A stretch of 64,000 bases of DNA from Polyangiales bacterium. GTDB taxonomy: Bacteria > Myxococcota_A > Polyangia > Polyangiales > Houyiibacteriaceae. The DNA lies in assembly GCA_045106895.1 (NCBI GenBank), contig JBGCFM010000062.1:64001-128000 (forward strand), written 5' to 3'. Both the position numbers and the translations under genes were made by a program. The notes under the pieces were generated by a model that saw only the letters and a list, made by a program, of their open reading frames with translations, ran no database searches and was not told where the DNA came from. This document shows positions 28,938 through 38,528 of the stretch, piece after piece (the first letter of the stretch is position 1; each line of letters starts with the position of its first letter).

Positions 28938-28954
28938 GGCCTCTCCGCTCGCGC

Positions 28955-30280
28955 TCAGCCGCCCTGAACGCCGAAGATGAACGGATACTCCACGCTCACT
29001 TCGCCGCCGTCGGGCTCCGGGAAACGCCAGTTGCGAACCTGACGAGCGATGCAGCCCTCGACGCCGGCGTTGTTCATCGTGGAGCGTGCGACGCGGGACG
29101 AGGTCACGCGGCCCGCAAGGCTGATGCGCCACGCGACTTCGATGCGGCCTCGGAGGTTGGGTTGTCGCTGAACGGCGACCTCGTAGCAGTATCGAACAGC
29201 CGCCTGGTTCGCACGGACGACGCGGTTGATCTGCTCGGCGGAGAGGTAACCGTTCACGCGCGGTCGCCCACGCATCAAGGACACGGCAACCTCACGGTTC
29301 TTGCGCCCCCGTGCGCCAATACCGCCGGAGCCCATGCCTGTGCCGCCCATGCCCGCGCCGATGCCCGTTCCCACGCGACCCGCGCCATAGAGACTGCCTG
29401 GGCCCATGCCCCCGCCGCCCATGCCCGTGCCTCGCAGGCCTGCGCCGCCGGAACCACGCCCAAGGTCGGTACGTAGCGCACCCGTCCCGGCGAGAATGTC
29501 GCCGACCGTCGGCACATCGAGGGCCTGGTCGAGGGGATTGCCTTCACCACCGGAGAGCGCACCGAGAAGCCCCATCGTCTGCACGCGGGCAACGATCTCT
29601 TGGTCCACTTCGCCTTCGAACTCCGAATCCTCTTGCGGAGAGTCCTCGCGACCGACGCGACCTTCCTCGTTCTCTGCTCGCTCGCCGCCGGATTCTTCCC
29701 GCTGGCGAAGACCGGGGTCCTCCATGTCCGTCCCGCCGTCCTCTTCTTCGAAGAGCTCTTCGGGAGGTGTGACAAGGAAACGCGAGATCAGGTCCTCGTC
29801 CAGCTCAAAGGGGTCAGGGGCTTCACCGCGCCAGCGGTAGTCCATCACGCTGATGACGCCGACGACGGCGCACAAGAACGCCGCCAACATCACGCTCGCG
29901 GCGAGCACCCAGTCCAAGCGAAAGCCTTGACGCCTCGGAGCCAAGGCGCCTTTGACGGGCTGGAAGAAGATCGCCACGGTGCCAACGATGACCACTCCGT
30001 AGTCGTCGCGGCCAATGGGGATATTGCCCGAGAGGCGCGTGAGGTCGGTTCGCTTCCCGTCCACCCACATTTCGCCGGACATCCCGGTCTGGCCCGCATG
30101 GATCGCAAAGCCACCTTGATGCGGAACAAAGAGCTCAAGCGTCGCGAGCTCCACGCCGGCCGGCAGAGGATGAACGCCGTCTTCGCCAAAACGAACCGTC
30201 TCGCCGCTCTCGAACAGCTCTTCGAAGAGGATCGAGTTGTTCCAAACCAGAGCAACACGAAGAGGACGGCCGGTGTTCAC
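28955..30280 (-). CDS. GltG/NfsG-like TonB-type protein (AgmX/PglI C-terminal domain)
   Basis: Cytoplasmic N-domain, single TM, acidic then Gly-rich linker, C-terminal LSAEQINRVV..N...VRYCYE...GRV...VEGCI...WRFPEP.GG.V.V.YPF.F. Confidence 0.85.
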   Translation of the reverse strand: MNTGRPLRVALVWNNSILFEELFESGETVRFGEDGVHPLPAGVELATLELFVPHQGGFAIHAGQTGMSGEMWVDGKRTDLTRLSGNIPIGRDDYGVVIVGTVAIFFQPVKGALAPRRQGFRLDWVLAASVMLAAFLCAVVGVISVMDYRWRGEAPDPFELDEDLISRFLVTPPEELFEEEDGGTDMEDPGLRQREESGGERAENEEGRVGREDSPQEDSEFEGEVDQEIVARVQTMGLLGALSGGEGNPLDQALDVPTVGDILAGTGALRTDLGRGSGGAGLRGTGMGGGGMGPGSLYGAGRVGTGIGAGMGGTGMGSGGIGARGRKNREVAVSLMRGRPRVNGYLSAEQINRVVRANQAAVRYCYEVAVQRQPNLRGRIEVAWRISLAGRVTSSRVARSTMNNAGVEGCIARQVRNWRFPEPDGGEVSVEYPFIFGVQGG

Positions 30281-30371
30281 CCCTGGAGCATAACGCCTGG
30301 CCACTCTTCTCGATACTCTTTACGCCGCACATACACAGACGCACCTCCTACAGATCGGGGTGAAACCTTCG

Positions 30372-31385
30372 TCAGCTCCTGTCCTCACGGCGCCCATCGG
30401 CGTGTGAAGCGAAGCGCCCTGCGCCGCGAGGGTGCACCGGGTCATCCGAAGGCCACGGCCATCCGCCAAACTGGGTTCGTTGGTAGTCCATGAAGGCCCT
30501 TCGAATCTCCTCGGCGGTGTTCATCACAAATGGCCCGTGCTGAACGACGGGCTCTCCGATGGGTTTCCCCGCCAGCACCAAAAGCTCGCACCCTTCGGCA
30601 GACTCAAGAGGGAGCGCTCGCTGCGCAGCCACGACGACCATCGACGGCGCCGGGTAGTCCGTTCCTTCGATTCGCAAGCTCCCCTCGACGACGTAAACAC
30701 TTCTGCGAGTTTCCGGCGGAGCCGCGGGCACGACGTGCTTTGCGCCGGGCTCCATCGCTATCGTCCAAATCGCGAGGTTCGCGTCTGGACGGGAGGCCCA
30801 AGAATTCGGTGGTGGCGGTGGCGGCTTGGCGCCAGGAAGAGCGCCGGCGACAACGGTCGTCTTCGTCGTTAGGGCGGCTTCGTCCCGGCTGCTCAGCACC
30901 GGGATGTCCTCCCGCCAGAGCATCGTAAAATAGGGGTCCACCATCTTGTCGCTGGCGGGCAAGTTCAGCCAAATCTGAAAGAGCTCCGCCGGGTTGCCCT
31001 GCTCCTGCTTCAAGAGCGGGAACATCTCCGCGTGAACGATGCCCGCGCCAGCGGTCATCCACTGAGTGTCCCCTTCTCCAAAGCGCGCTGTAGCGCCGAG
31101 GGAATCGCTGTGGTCGATGTAGCCTTTTCGAGCGACGGTCACCGTCTCGAAGCCGCGGTGCGGGTGCTGCGGAAACCCCGGCACTGATTGACCGTGATAC
31201 ATACGAAAGCCGTCCTTGCCTTCGAAGTCCATTCCGATACGGCGCCCTACTCGCGCGGCCTTCGGTACGGCCATCGCGTCGTCGCCCGCGGGGAATGCAT
31301 CCACGTGATGGACACAGAAGAGGAAGGGGTCGAGGGTGGGCCATGGCGGCGGGCCCAAGCGCTGTGACTGCAGAACGATGGTCAT
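30372..31385 (-). CDS. Pirin-family protein
   Basis: DPFLFCVHH, GFPQHPHRGFETVT, WMTAGAGIVHAE, FQIWLNLP, GPFVMN. Confidence 0.95.
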   Translation of the reverse strand: MTIVLQSQRLGPPPWPTLDPFLFCVHHVDAFPAGDDAMAVPKAARVGRRIGMDFEGKDGFRMYHGQSVPGFPQHPHRGFETVTVARKGYIDHSDSLGATARFGEGDTQWMTAGAGIVHAEMFPLLKQEQGNPAELFQIWLNLPASDKMVDPYFTMLWREDIPVLSSRDEAALTTKTTVVAGALPGAKPPPPPPNSWASRPDANLAIWTIAMEPGAKHVVPAAPPETRRSVYVVEGSLRIEGTDYPAPSMVVVAAQRALPLESAEGCELLVLAGKPIGEPVVQHGPFVMNTAEEIRRAFMDYQRTQFGGWPWPSDDPVHPRGAGRFASHADGRREDRS

Positions 31386-31463
31386 CACGCGACTCTAGTG
31401 CCCGCGCTCCGTGGACGTAATCCCCGTCCGCGTCGAAGAGCGAGCCGACGGAAGCCCCCTAGC

Positions 31464-32168
31464 CTAGCAAGGCGCCTCCGGAGAACAGACCGCTCCCTCC
31501 GCAAAGCCCTTTGCTTGTTGCTCCTGTGATGCCTGGATGAGCACCTCAAGGATCTGGGCCGGCGGCTGGGCGCCGGAGAGTCCGAAGCGTTGGGCGACCA
31601 CGAAGAACGGAACTCCTCGAACGCCGATCTGAGCCGCGGTGGCTTGGTCCTCGCGGACAGCGCTGGCATACCTGTCGGACGAAAGCACCGCGCGAGCCTC
31701 AGCGGCCTCCAGGCCGACGTCTTGGGCGCAGCGAACGAGCGTCTCTGTGTCGCTCATCAGCGCCCCTTCGCAAAGGTACGCGGAGAAGAGTCGCTCTTTC
31801 AACGCATCCTGAACTCCGTGCTCCAGCGCAAAGTGGAGGAGTCGATGGGCATCGAAGGTGTTTCCTGCGCGGATCGATACGAAGTCGAAATCGAGCCCCT
31901 CCTTCTGCGCCGTGGCGCGCATCGAATCGATCATCGCCTGCGCTTCAGTTTCACTACGACCGTACTTACGAGCGAGTCGTTGCACGTAGCGAACGTCCTC
32001 GTCGTATTCGGCAGGTGCACGTGAGTCGAGTTGGAACGAGCGCCACCGAACACTGACATCTTCGTCCGTCTTATCTCGGTACGACTTAAGTGCGTCCTCC
32101 ATACGTCGCTTTCCGACGTAGCACCAAGGACATGCGATATCCGACCAAACATCGAGAGTGAGTGTCAT
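31464..32168 (-). CDS. DsbA-family oxidoreductase (FrnE-like)
   Basis: WSDIACPWCYVGKRR, NTFDAHRL, GVRGVPFFV, SGAQP. Confidence 0.95.
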   Translation of the reverse strand: MTLTLDVWSDIACPWCYVGKRRMEDALKSYRDKTDEDVSVRWRSFQLDSRAPAEYDEDVRYVQRLARKYGRSETEAQAMIDSMRATAQKEGLDFDFVSIRAGNTFDAHRLLHFALEHGVQDALKERLFSAYLCEGALMSDTETLVRCAQDVGLEAAEARAVLSSDRYASAVREDQATAAQIGVRGVPFFVVAQRFGLSGAQPPAQILEVLIQASQEQQAKGFAEGAVCSPEAPC

Positions 32169-32244
32169 CCGATCACTCTAAGGCGGACCGTCGAACTCGC
32201 CAGCACCCTCGCGCTTTGGTGCCAAACGCGGGTACGATGGTGTC

Positions 32245-33189
32245 ATGCGGTCCATTCTCATCGCGCTCGCCGCGCTAATCCTCACACAAACTTCCACGAC
32301 CAGCGCACAGGTTGATCCCCAACCCGCTCACTCCGTTGCATACCAGAGCATTACTGCGGTTCGCGTAAACCCTCTCGGACTCGTCAACTTCACGCGCGCC
32401 AGCTACCGGTTTCGTCTCTTCGAGAGTGACTCCGACATACTGAAACAAAACTACGTCGGCATTGGCGCAACGGGCGGCATTAGTCCCGCGTGGGGACGTA
32501 TCGGAATCTTGGCCGAAGTGCAGCCCCTCACCATTCTCCGGCTCTATGCGCAGTTTGAGTTCATCGGAAACTTCGGCACCTTCGACCTCTTTGCTTCCTT
32601 CCCGAACGCAACCTCAGACTTCAGCGACACAGCGATCGGAGAGCGCGCAGAGAACGACGCAACGGAGGCCTACACGACGACGGGCTCGTTGCTTACCCTT
32701 GGCGCTCAGCTTCAGATGAAGGTCGGGCCCATCGCCGTACGCAACCTCTTTCGTGCGACGCGGACGAACTACACGATGCGCGCAGGCGACACCGTTTACT
32801 ACGATCAGATCTACGACATGCTCATGCCAGACGATGGCTGGATGGTCGTCAATGACTTGGACGTGTTCGCGATCCTCAACCCAGGCACGACCCAGCTGGC
32901 TGCCGGCGTTCGCTGGAGCTACTCGCACTCGTACTACAACGACCAGCACTACCAAGGTCTTACGGCTCAAGAGCGAGAGGATGCGCCCAGCAACGACATC
33001 CATCGCATCGGACCGATCTTGGCGTGGCAGATTCGAAATACGCCCGGCGCTCGCTTCAACCGCCCAACCCTCATCCTCCTCGCGCAGTGGCACCTAAAGC
33101 ACCGTTGGCGCACCGGGGCAGACGTCAGCCAGGCGCTGCCCTATATCGGACTCGCGTTTCGCTTCCAGGGCGACCTGCTCGGCGAGTAG
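32245..33189 (+). CDS. Secreted protein, possible outer-membrane beta-barrel
   Basis: Sec signal (...TSA-Q); many amphipathic, aromatic-rich beta strands; C-terminal YIGLAFRF strand. Confidence 0.7.
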   Translation: MRSILIALAALILTQTSTTSAQVDPQPAHSVAYQSITAVRVNPLGLVNFTRASYRFRLFESDSDILKQNYVGIGATGGISPAWGRIGILAEVQPLTILRLYAQFEFIGNFGTFDLFASFPNATSDFSDTAIGERAENDATEAYTTTGSLLTLGAQLQMKVGPIAVRNLFRATRTNYTMRAGDTVYYDQIYDMLMPDDGWMVVNDLDVFAILNPGTTQLAAGVRWSYSHSYYNDQHYQGLTAQEREDAPSNDIHRIGPILAWQIRNTPGARFNRPTLILLAQWHLKHRWRTGADVSQALPYIGLAFRFQGDLLGE

Positions 33190-33198
33190 TACGCCTCG

Positions 33199-33606
33199 TC
33201 AGTCGAGTTTGACGGCGAGACGCGACCCGCGCGTCTTCTCAGCGGCCGCGGCCTCACGAGGTTCGGAGCCGTAACCGAGCGTTCGAATGCGGATGAGGAC
33301 GCCGTCCTCAAAGGTCAGTTCGCGCATCAAGCGACGCGGTCCAAAATTGTACACCCAGCGCTCTTGGACCACGGAGACGGTTTGTCCTTGAAGCGCAAAC
33401 CCGCCGCTCGCGAGAGGCACGAGGACCGACGACGAGTTCTGAATGAGGCGCTCTGTTTTGGTCTCCGGATTGCCGCAGTACTGAAGGACTCGGGCCTGAC
33501 TATCGCCGCGTGACACGACACGACGTTGGCAGCTCATCGCCGAAGCATCCGAGCTAAAAGACCACGCGCTGAGCGTGACGAGGGCGAGCACGAGGAGTCG
33601 AATCAT
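33199..33606 (-). CDS. DUF2845-family secreted protein
   Basis: Signal peptide; MSC.RRVVSRGDS.ARVL..CG.P and WVYNFGP......TFEDG.L..I. Confidence 0.85.
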   Translation of the reverse strand: MIRLLVLALVTLSAWSFSSDASAMSCQRRVVSRGDSQARVLQYCGNPETKTERLIQNSSSVLVPLASGGFALQGQTVSVVQERWVYNFGPRRLMRELTFEDGVLIRIRTLGYGSEPREAAAAEKTRGSRLAVKLD

Positions 33607-33710
33607 GCCTTCAGAGTAGGCGCCTGCGCTGTTTGGGTCAAAGCCGAGAGCGTGCGCAAATCGTCAATCGACATGCCATCTTGTCAAACGAGCGCGACGA
33701 AGGACGAAGG

Positions 33711-33737
33711 CAAGGGTTTCCCCTCAAGGGTTTCCCC
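33711..33737. repeat. Tandem 13-bp direct repeat CAAGGGTTTCCCC x2
   Basis: Exact copies at 33711-33723 and 33725-33737, just downstream of the gltF-like stop. Confidence 0.8.
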
Positions 33738-33754
33738 GGGTGGTCTTTATGAGT

Positions 33755-34120
33755 CTAGAAAGACTTCGTCTTCGTGCTGCGTTCTAGCTCCGGCATGAAC
33801 GAGCGATGCGGCAACTTTGGCCGGTCGAACTCAGCGCGCAGACGGTTAAGAAAATAGAGAAGCTGAGGCGACTTGAGGCGGCCGGAGATGTCGAGACCGC
33901 TAAAGCGAAAGACCTTCACCTTCGAGTCGCCTTCATTGACCTCGCGCGTGTCCGCGTTCTCCGCAGACTCATCGCTCGCAGCAGAATCACCCGCTGGAGC
34001 CGCGCTCTCGGAACGTCCCGCGGGGTCCTGCGCCGCAACGAACCCGCCGCTCCCGAGCGCGCTCGCGACGACGAGTCCCAAGAGGAGCGCTGGGCTGAGT
34101 TTCTTCTTCTTGAGCGTCAT
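33755..34120 (-). CDS. GltF/CglF-like small secreted protein
   Basis: Signal peptide; C-terminal F.FSGLDISGRLKSP..LY...R..F.......SF.PEL.RS resembles CglF as I recall it; follows the GltD- and GltE-like genes. Confidence 0.7.
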   Translation of the reverse strand: MTLKKKKLSPALLLGLVVASALGSGGFVAAQDPAGRSESAAPAGDSAASDESAENADTREVNEGDSKVKVFRFSGLDISGRLKSPQLLYFLNRLRAEFDRPKLPHRSFMPELERSTKTKSF

Positions 34121-35241
34121 GGCATTCCTGCGGGTGCGGCGGGGTCAGGGATTTCACGCACGTAGCGCTCGGCCTCTTCACGCCCCGGGTGGTTGCGCGG
34201 TGCGATGGATAAGTAGCGAACGAACTTCGCGCGAGCTTCAGGCCGCTGATCGAGGAAGTCCGCTTGAAGTACCGCGATGTTGAAGAGAGCGTCAGGGTGC
34301 CGGTCGTCCGCGTCCAAGACGCGCTGGTAGTTTTGGCGGGCGCTGCTGTGATCGCCTTCGCCGCGAAAGGCGATGCCAAGTCCAATGCGCGCGTCGAAGT
34401 TGTCTTCGTCGTTCTCGAGAACCGCTTCGTATTGAGCTTTGGCTCCCGCAAAGTCGCCCGCCCGCAGAAGTACGGCGCCCATATTCATGCGGGCTGGCGC
34501 AAACCCCGCCTCCGAAGCGATGGCCGCCTCGAAGGCCGCAAACGCCGCCTGTGTATCGCCGCGGGCTAGCTCAAGGAGACCCTGTTCACTCATGATCTCC
34601 GCGCGCAACGAAGCGTTGTCTTCGTCCGCTAGGTCGAGAGCCTTCTGCAACACCAAACGCGACACGTCATAAAGCTCTCGCGCGCGATAGACCCGGCCAA
34701 TCTCGAGGAGCGCGCGCGTGCTCGTCGGGTCACGAACGAGAACCTCTCGGGCCTCAGCAAGGGCGTCATCCCACGACTCGTCCTCGCGAAGAACCACGGC
34801 GAGGGCCACGCGTGCCTCAAGGTTAGCGGGGTGCGCTTCGACGAGGGCTCGGAGCTGTCGCGCAGCGGCGCCGCGGTCTCCGAGTTCGTAGGCGACCTCA
34901 GCCGCAGCGAGGCGAGGTTCGGGGGCGCCAGGCTGCACCGCGATGGCGGCTTCGAAAGACGCCCGGGCTTGCTCTAGCTCCGACGCACGACGCTGGACCA
35001 CCCCAAGGTCATAGCGCGCTTCCCAGAGGTTTGGGTCAAGTTCGATGGCCCGCTCGAGGCGTGCGCGGGCACGGCGCGCCGCGCGGGCGCCAGGTCGTGA
35101 AAGCAGACGTGTCGCGGCGTTGTACTCGCGTACAGCCTCCGGGTTCGCCGGAGGAAGCTCGTTCGACTGGACTTGCGTTCCGCCGCAGGCAACGGCGACC
35201 AAGAGAGCCATCCGAAGGAGCCATCGAGAGAGAGTGCTCAT
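34117..35241 (-). CDS. GltE/AglT-like TPR lipoprotein
   Basis: Lipobox VAVAC; TPR repeats; positioned between the gltD-like and gltF-like genes. Confidence 0.8.
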   Translation of the reverse strand: MSTLSRWLLRMALLVAVACGGTQVQSNELPPANPEAVREYNAATRLLSRPGARAARRARARLERAIELDPNLWEARYDLGVVQRRASELEQARASFEAAIAVQPGAPEPRLAAAEVAYELGDRGAAARQLRALVEAHPANLEARVALAVVLREDESWDDALAEAREVLVRDPTSTRALLEIGRVYRARELYDVSRLVLQKALDLADEDNASLRAEIMSEQGLLELARGDTQAAFAAFEAAIASEAGFAPARMNMGAVLLRAGDFAGAKAQYEAVLENDEDNFDARIGLGIAFRGEGDHSSARQNYQRVLDADDRHPDALFNIAVLQADFLDQRPEARAKFVRYLSIAPRNHPGREEAERYVREIPDPAAPAGMP

Positions 35242-38200
35242 GAGTCTTCCTCGTCTTCACCTTCGGTGTCGTCGCCAGCAGCACCAGCGTCGTCTTCGCC
35301 CGCATCACGACGCAGTCCTCCAAGGAACTCCGGCTGCGCAATCGGCGCTGCTTCCACCGTCTCACCACCGGTTTCGCGAAGCGCTGGGTACTGGACATCG
35401 TTCAAGCGTGTGAGCGCTTCCCGAATCTGTGCCGTCCAGCGGTTGAAGATCCGCAGTTCAAGGGCTCGAAGGTAGCCCCCTTCGAACGCTTCCAGCGCGC
35501 GCTCTTCCATGGGAACGATGAAGCGAGCCAGTTGATCAAAGTAAACCTGCTCTTCGTCCTCCGTCAGTCCCTCAGGGAGCTCAAAAGCACGCATCGCTTC
35601 GGCGAAGAGCTCATAGCTTCGCCCGATCTGAAAGAGGCTCGCCGTCACCCACTCCGCGACTTCAAAGCTCACGACATCGGCAAAGATGCGCGCGGCCTGG
35701 CCGAGAAGCTCGCTCTTCTGTTCGAGTCGACCACGGAGGCCCTCGCTGTCGCCGGCGAGAGGAACCGCTTCGTATTCACGAAGAACGCGCTCGCCTTGGA
35801 GGTAGCGTGCCTGGGCGGCGAAGTAGAGGCCGTCACTAAGACGCTGACGTCCGCGACGTGCGCTTCGAACCGCAGCCGCCAGCGCGGTGTCCGCCCCCGA
35901 CTCGTCTCCCGCGGCGATGAGAACGAGGGCGATTCGTGTCTGCGCTTCGATCTTGCGGTCCGCGTTTCGGGATCGGCGAATGTACTCGCGGTAAGTCGTC
36001 GCGGCGTCGTCCCAATCTTCGTTCGCGGCCTGGGCTCGGGCGATAAAGAAGTAGACGTCGTCTGTCTCAGGTCGTCGGGGGTAGCGCTCAACAAAACGGC
36101 GCCCCGTTTCGATGGCGGTGTTGTTCTCACCCGCGGTCATTCGGAGGAGCACAGCGTTGTAGAGCGCATCCGGCGCGCGCTCTTCCTCGGGGAACTCTTC
36201 GCCATACGATTGGTAAAAGCGTGCCGCGTCGCCAAACTGGGCGATGGACTCGTACATCTGAGCACCCGCCCACGCGCCACGGGCACCGATGGGCGAGCCC
36301 GCATGACGCTCGACGAGTTTGGAATACGCCTCGTCCGCTCCGCCAAGGTCGCCATCTTGTTGGCGCTCCACGCCGGCGTTGAAGAGCGCCTGGGGAGCGC
36401 GCTCGTCACTCGGGAACTCTTCAGCGGCGCGCAGATACGCGTCGGCCGCTTGGCCGTGTTCGCCGCGCTCTGCGAGCTGCTCGCCGACCTTGAACATGGA
36501 CTGCAAGATGAGGCCATCAAGGCGCGCTTGGGCCTCGTCGGAGGAGAACGCCGGCGCGCTCTTCAGGCGCCGCGCCCACGTCTCGATGTTCCCGTAGTCT
36601 TGCGCGCGATTGAAACTGTCGAGGATGAGCTCGCCCGCCGGCGCCGCGTACTCACTCTCGCCGAAGCGTTCGAGGAGCTGACCGAAGAGGCGAACCGCAG
36701 GGTCATAGACGCCGCGGTCATAGTAGAGGCGTCCCTGCCGAAACAGAATCTCGGGCAGGTCCGGGTCATCCGGAAAGAGCTGCACGTAGAGTTCAATCGC
36801 CGAGGAGAACTTCTGGTCGTTTTCCGATTCACCGCAGCCGGCACTCGCGGGGGCCTCTTCCGGGCCTTCGGCCTCAGGTTCTTCCTCAGGGGTCCCTTCG
36901 GGCTCTTGCGGCGGCGAGGCGGCATCCCCCGTGCAGTTCTCAAGCTCTGTTTCGCGAACCCTCTCGTAGGCGCCGATGGCGTTGTACAACGCGTCGCGGG
37001 TGTACTCGCCTTCCGGGTTCTTTCGCGCCGCCGAGAGGTACGCGTCGCCCGCCTCGGGATAACGTTCGAGTCTGTGGAAGAGAATCTCCGCCTGGTAGAA
37101 CTCGACCTGGTACGACGCTTCTTCGTCGCTGTAGTGCTCTAGGTAGATTCCGTAGAGACCCACCGCGCGTTCAAGCTCAATGCGCTGATTCTCGCGCTGA
37201 CCCACCTCGTGATACGCCATCGCTTGGCGACGGATCAGGCGCTCATTGCGCCGGTGTTCGCGAAGAACACGTTCACTGTCGCCCTGCTGCTGCGCCCAGT
37301 TTGATCCAGGCGCGTAGTTCGCCGCCAACACCTGCATGGACTCGATGGTTTTGTCGCTGTTGCCAAGAGACGCGTACGCCGTCGCGATTTCGCGCTGGTA
37401 CTTGGGCGCGTCGCGGTGCATGGGATCCATCTCAAGGAGCAGCTCAAAGGCCTCGATGCCTGGCTCGAAACGCGCCTGGCCGATGTACGTGTCGCTGAGG
37501 CGCACAAGAACGCGCTGGGCGTAGCGTTCGCCGCCAATCTCCTCGAGGAAGGCAAAGACATCACGCGCGGTGTTGTTCTCATCTTCGATGAAGACCTGAA
37601 TGAGGTAGTCGAGGGCTTCGTCCTGGAGCTCTCGTAGACGGCGACGTTGAGTCGCGCTCATATTCCCACGACCACGACCAAGGTCGAGGACCTGCCGAAA
37701 ACGAAGAGCCGCGTCTTGGGTGCGATCCAATCGCCACAGACACCACGCGCTCTTGAAGAGCGAAATGTCGTGAAGCTCACTGCTGCGGAAAGCCATCACG
37801 GCCTCAAACTCCGCCAGCGCGGGTTGCCAGTTGCCCGCGCCAAACTGACTTTCGCCGAGGGCGAAGTGTGCGTCCGCGACGAACCGACTCTCTGGAAAAT
37901 CCGAGAGTATGCGCCGATAGAGTACGAGGGCGCCCTCGCCTTGGCCACGCTCAAGGAGCGCATACGCCTTCATGTAGAGGACGAGATCGAGGCGCCCGAA
38001 GCTTGGGTGGTTGGCGAGGATTCGGTCGTAGAGCGATACCGCGCGGTCGTAGTTTGGCGTCGGGACCGCTCCACGGTTTGCCTCCGGTACTTCTTGATAG
38101 GCGGCGAAGGCCTGGAGGTACTCCACACGGGCGTTCTCCCATGTGAGTTCGGCGAGACGCATGAGCGCGTCGGGCATCTCCTCGGCTTGCTCCGGCTCCA

Positions 38201-38528
38201 CGCGGATGAACTCTTCGAGGAGCTGAATGGCCTGGGCGCGTCGCTCGACGACCCAAGCTTCACGCTCGGTGAGCAACGCCTCCAGTCGCTCTTCTCGGTA
38301 TTCACGCGTCGCATTCCCGAGGGAGTCGGGGCGTTCACGAAGATAAAGGCGCTCCTCAATGCTCTCAGGCCGAAGCGCAGGCTCGGCGTCGCCAAGCTCG
38401 TCTTCGTCCGACGCTTCAATGCCACGCTCCTCCGTGGGCTGCTGAAAGCGAGACACCTCCCGGCCCTCTTGAGCCACGGCGCCCGACGCCCAACCCAGCG
38501 CAAGCACGACCCCGACGAAGCGCTTCAC
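35238..38528 (-). CDS. GltD/AgmU-like large periplasmic TPR protein
   Basis: Signal peptide; 1096 aa; two TPR blocks; YPxS-type repeats; C-terminal W.TASLFQIG..Y..FA.......P.GL.....Y...L....P.E..A...F. Confidence 0.8.
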   Translation of the reverse strand: MKRFVGVVLALGWASGAVAQEGREVSRFQQPTEERGIEASDEDELGDAEPALRPESIEERLYLRERPDSLGNATREYREERLEALLTEREAWVVERRAQAIQLLEEFIRVEPEQAEEMPDALMRLAELTWENARVEYLQAFAAYQEVPEANRGAVPTPNYDRAVSLYDRILANHPSFGRLDLVLYMKAYALLERGQGEGALVLYRRILSDFPESRFVADAHFALGESQFGAGNWQPALAEFEAVMAFRSSELHDISLFKSAWCLWRLDRTQDAALRFRQVLDLGRGRGNMSATQRRRLRELQDEALDYLIQVFIEDENNTARDVFAFLEEIGGERYAQRVLVRLSDTYIGQARFEPGIEAFELLLEMDPMHRDAPKYQREIATAYASLGNSDKTIESMQVLAANYAPGSNWAQQQGDSERVLREHRRNERLIRRQAMAYHEVGQRENQRIELERAVGLYGIYLEHYSDEEASYQVEFYQAEILFHRLERYPEAGDAYLSAARKNPEGEYTRDALYNAIGAYERVRETELENCTGDAASPPQEPEGTPEEEPEAEGPEEAPASAGCGESENDQKFSSAIELYVQLFPDDPDLPEILFRQGRLYYDRGVYDPAVRLFGQLLERFGESEYAAPAGELILDSFNRAQDYGNIETWARRLKSAPAFSSDEAQARLDGLILQSMFKVGEQLAERGEHGQAADAYLRAAEEFPSDERAPQALFNAGVERQQDGDLGGADEAYSKLVERHAGSPIGARGAWAGAQMYESIAQFGDAARFYQSYGEEFPEEERAPDALYNAVLLRMTAGENNTAIETGRRFVERYPRRPETDDVYFFIARAQAANEDWDDAATTYREYIRRSRNADRKIEAQTRIALVLIAAGDESGADTALAAAVRSARRGRQRLSDGLYFAAQARYLQGERVLREYEAVPLAGDSEGLRGRLEQKSELLGQAARIFADVVSFEVAEWVTASLFQIGRSYELFAEAMRAFELPEGLTEDEEQVYFDQLARFIVPMEERALEAFEGGYLRALELRIFNRWTAQIREALTRLNDVQYPALRETGGETVEAAPIAQPEFLGGLRRDAGEDDAGAAGDDTEGEDEEDS

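Noticed and set aside
35532..37142. 536-aa plus-strand ORF and other long antisense ORFs (e.g. 11506-12762, 19215-20411, 39308-40315)
   Set aside because: Shadow ORFs opposite well-supported genes in high-GC DNA, with no motifs of their own.
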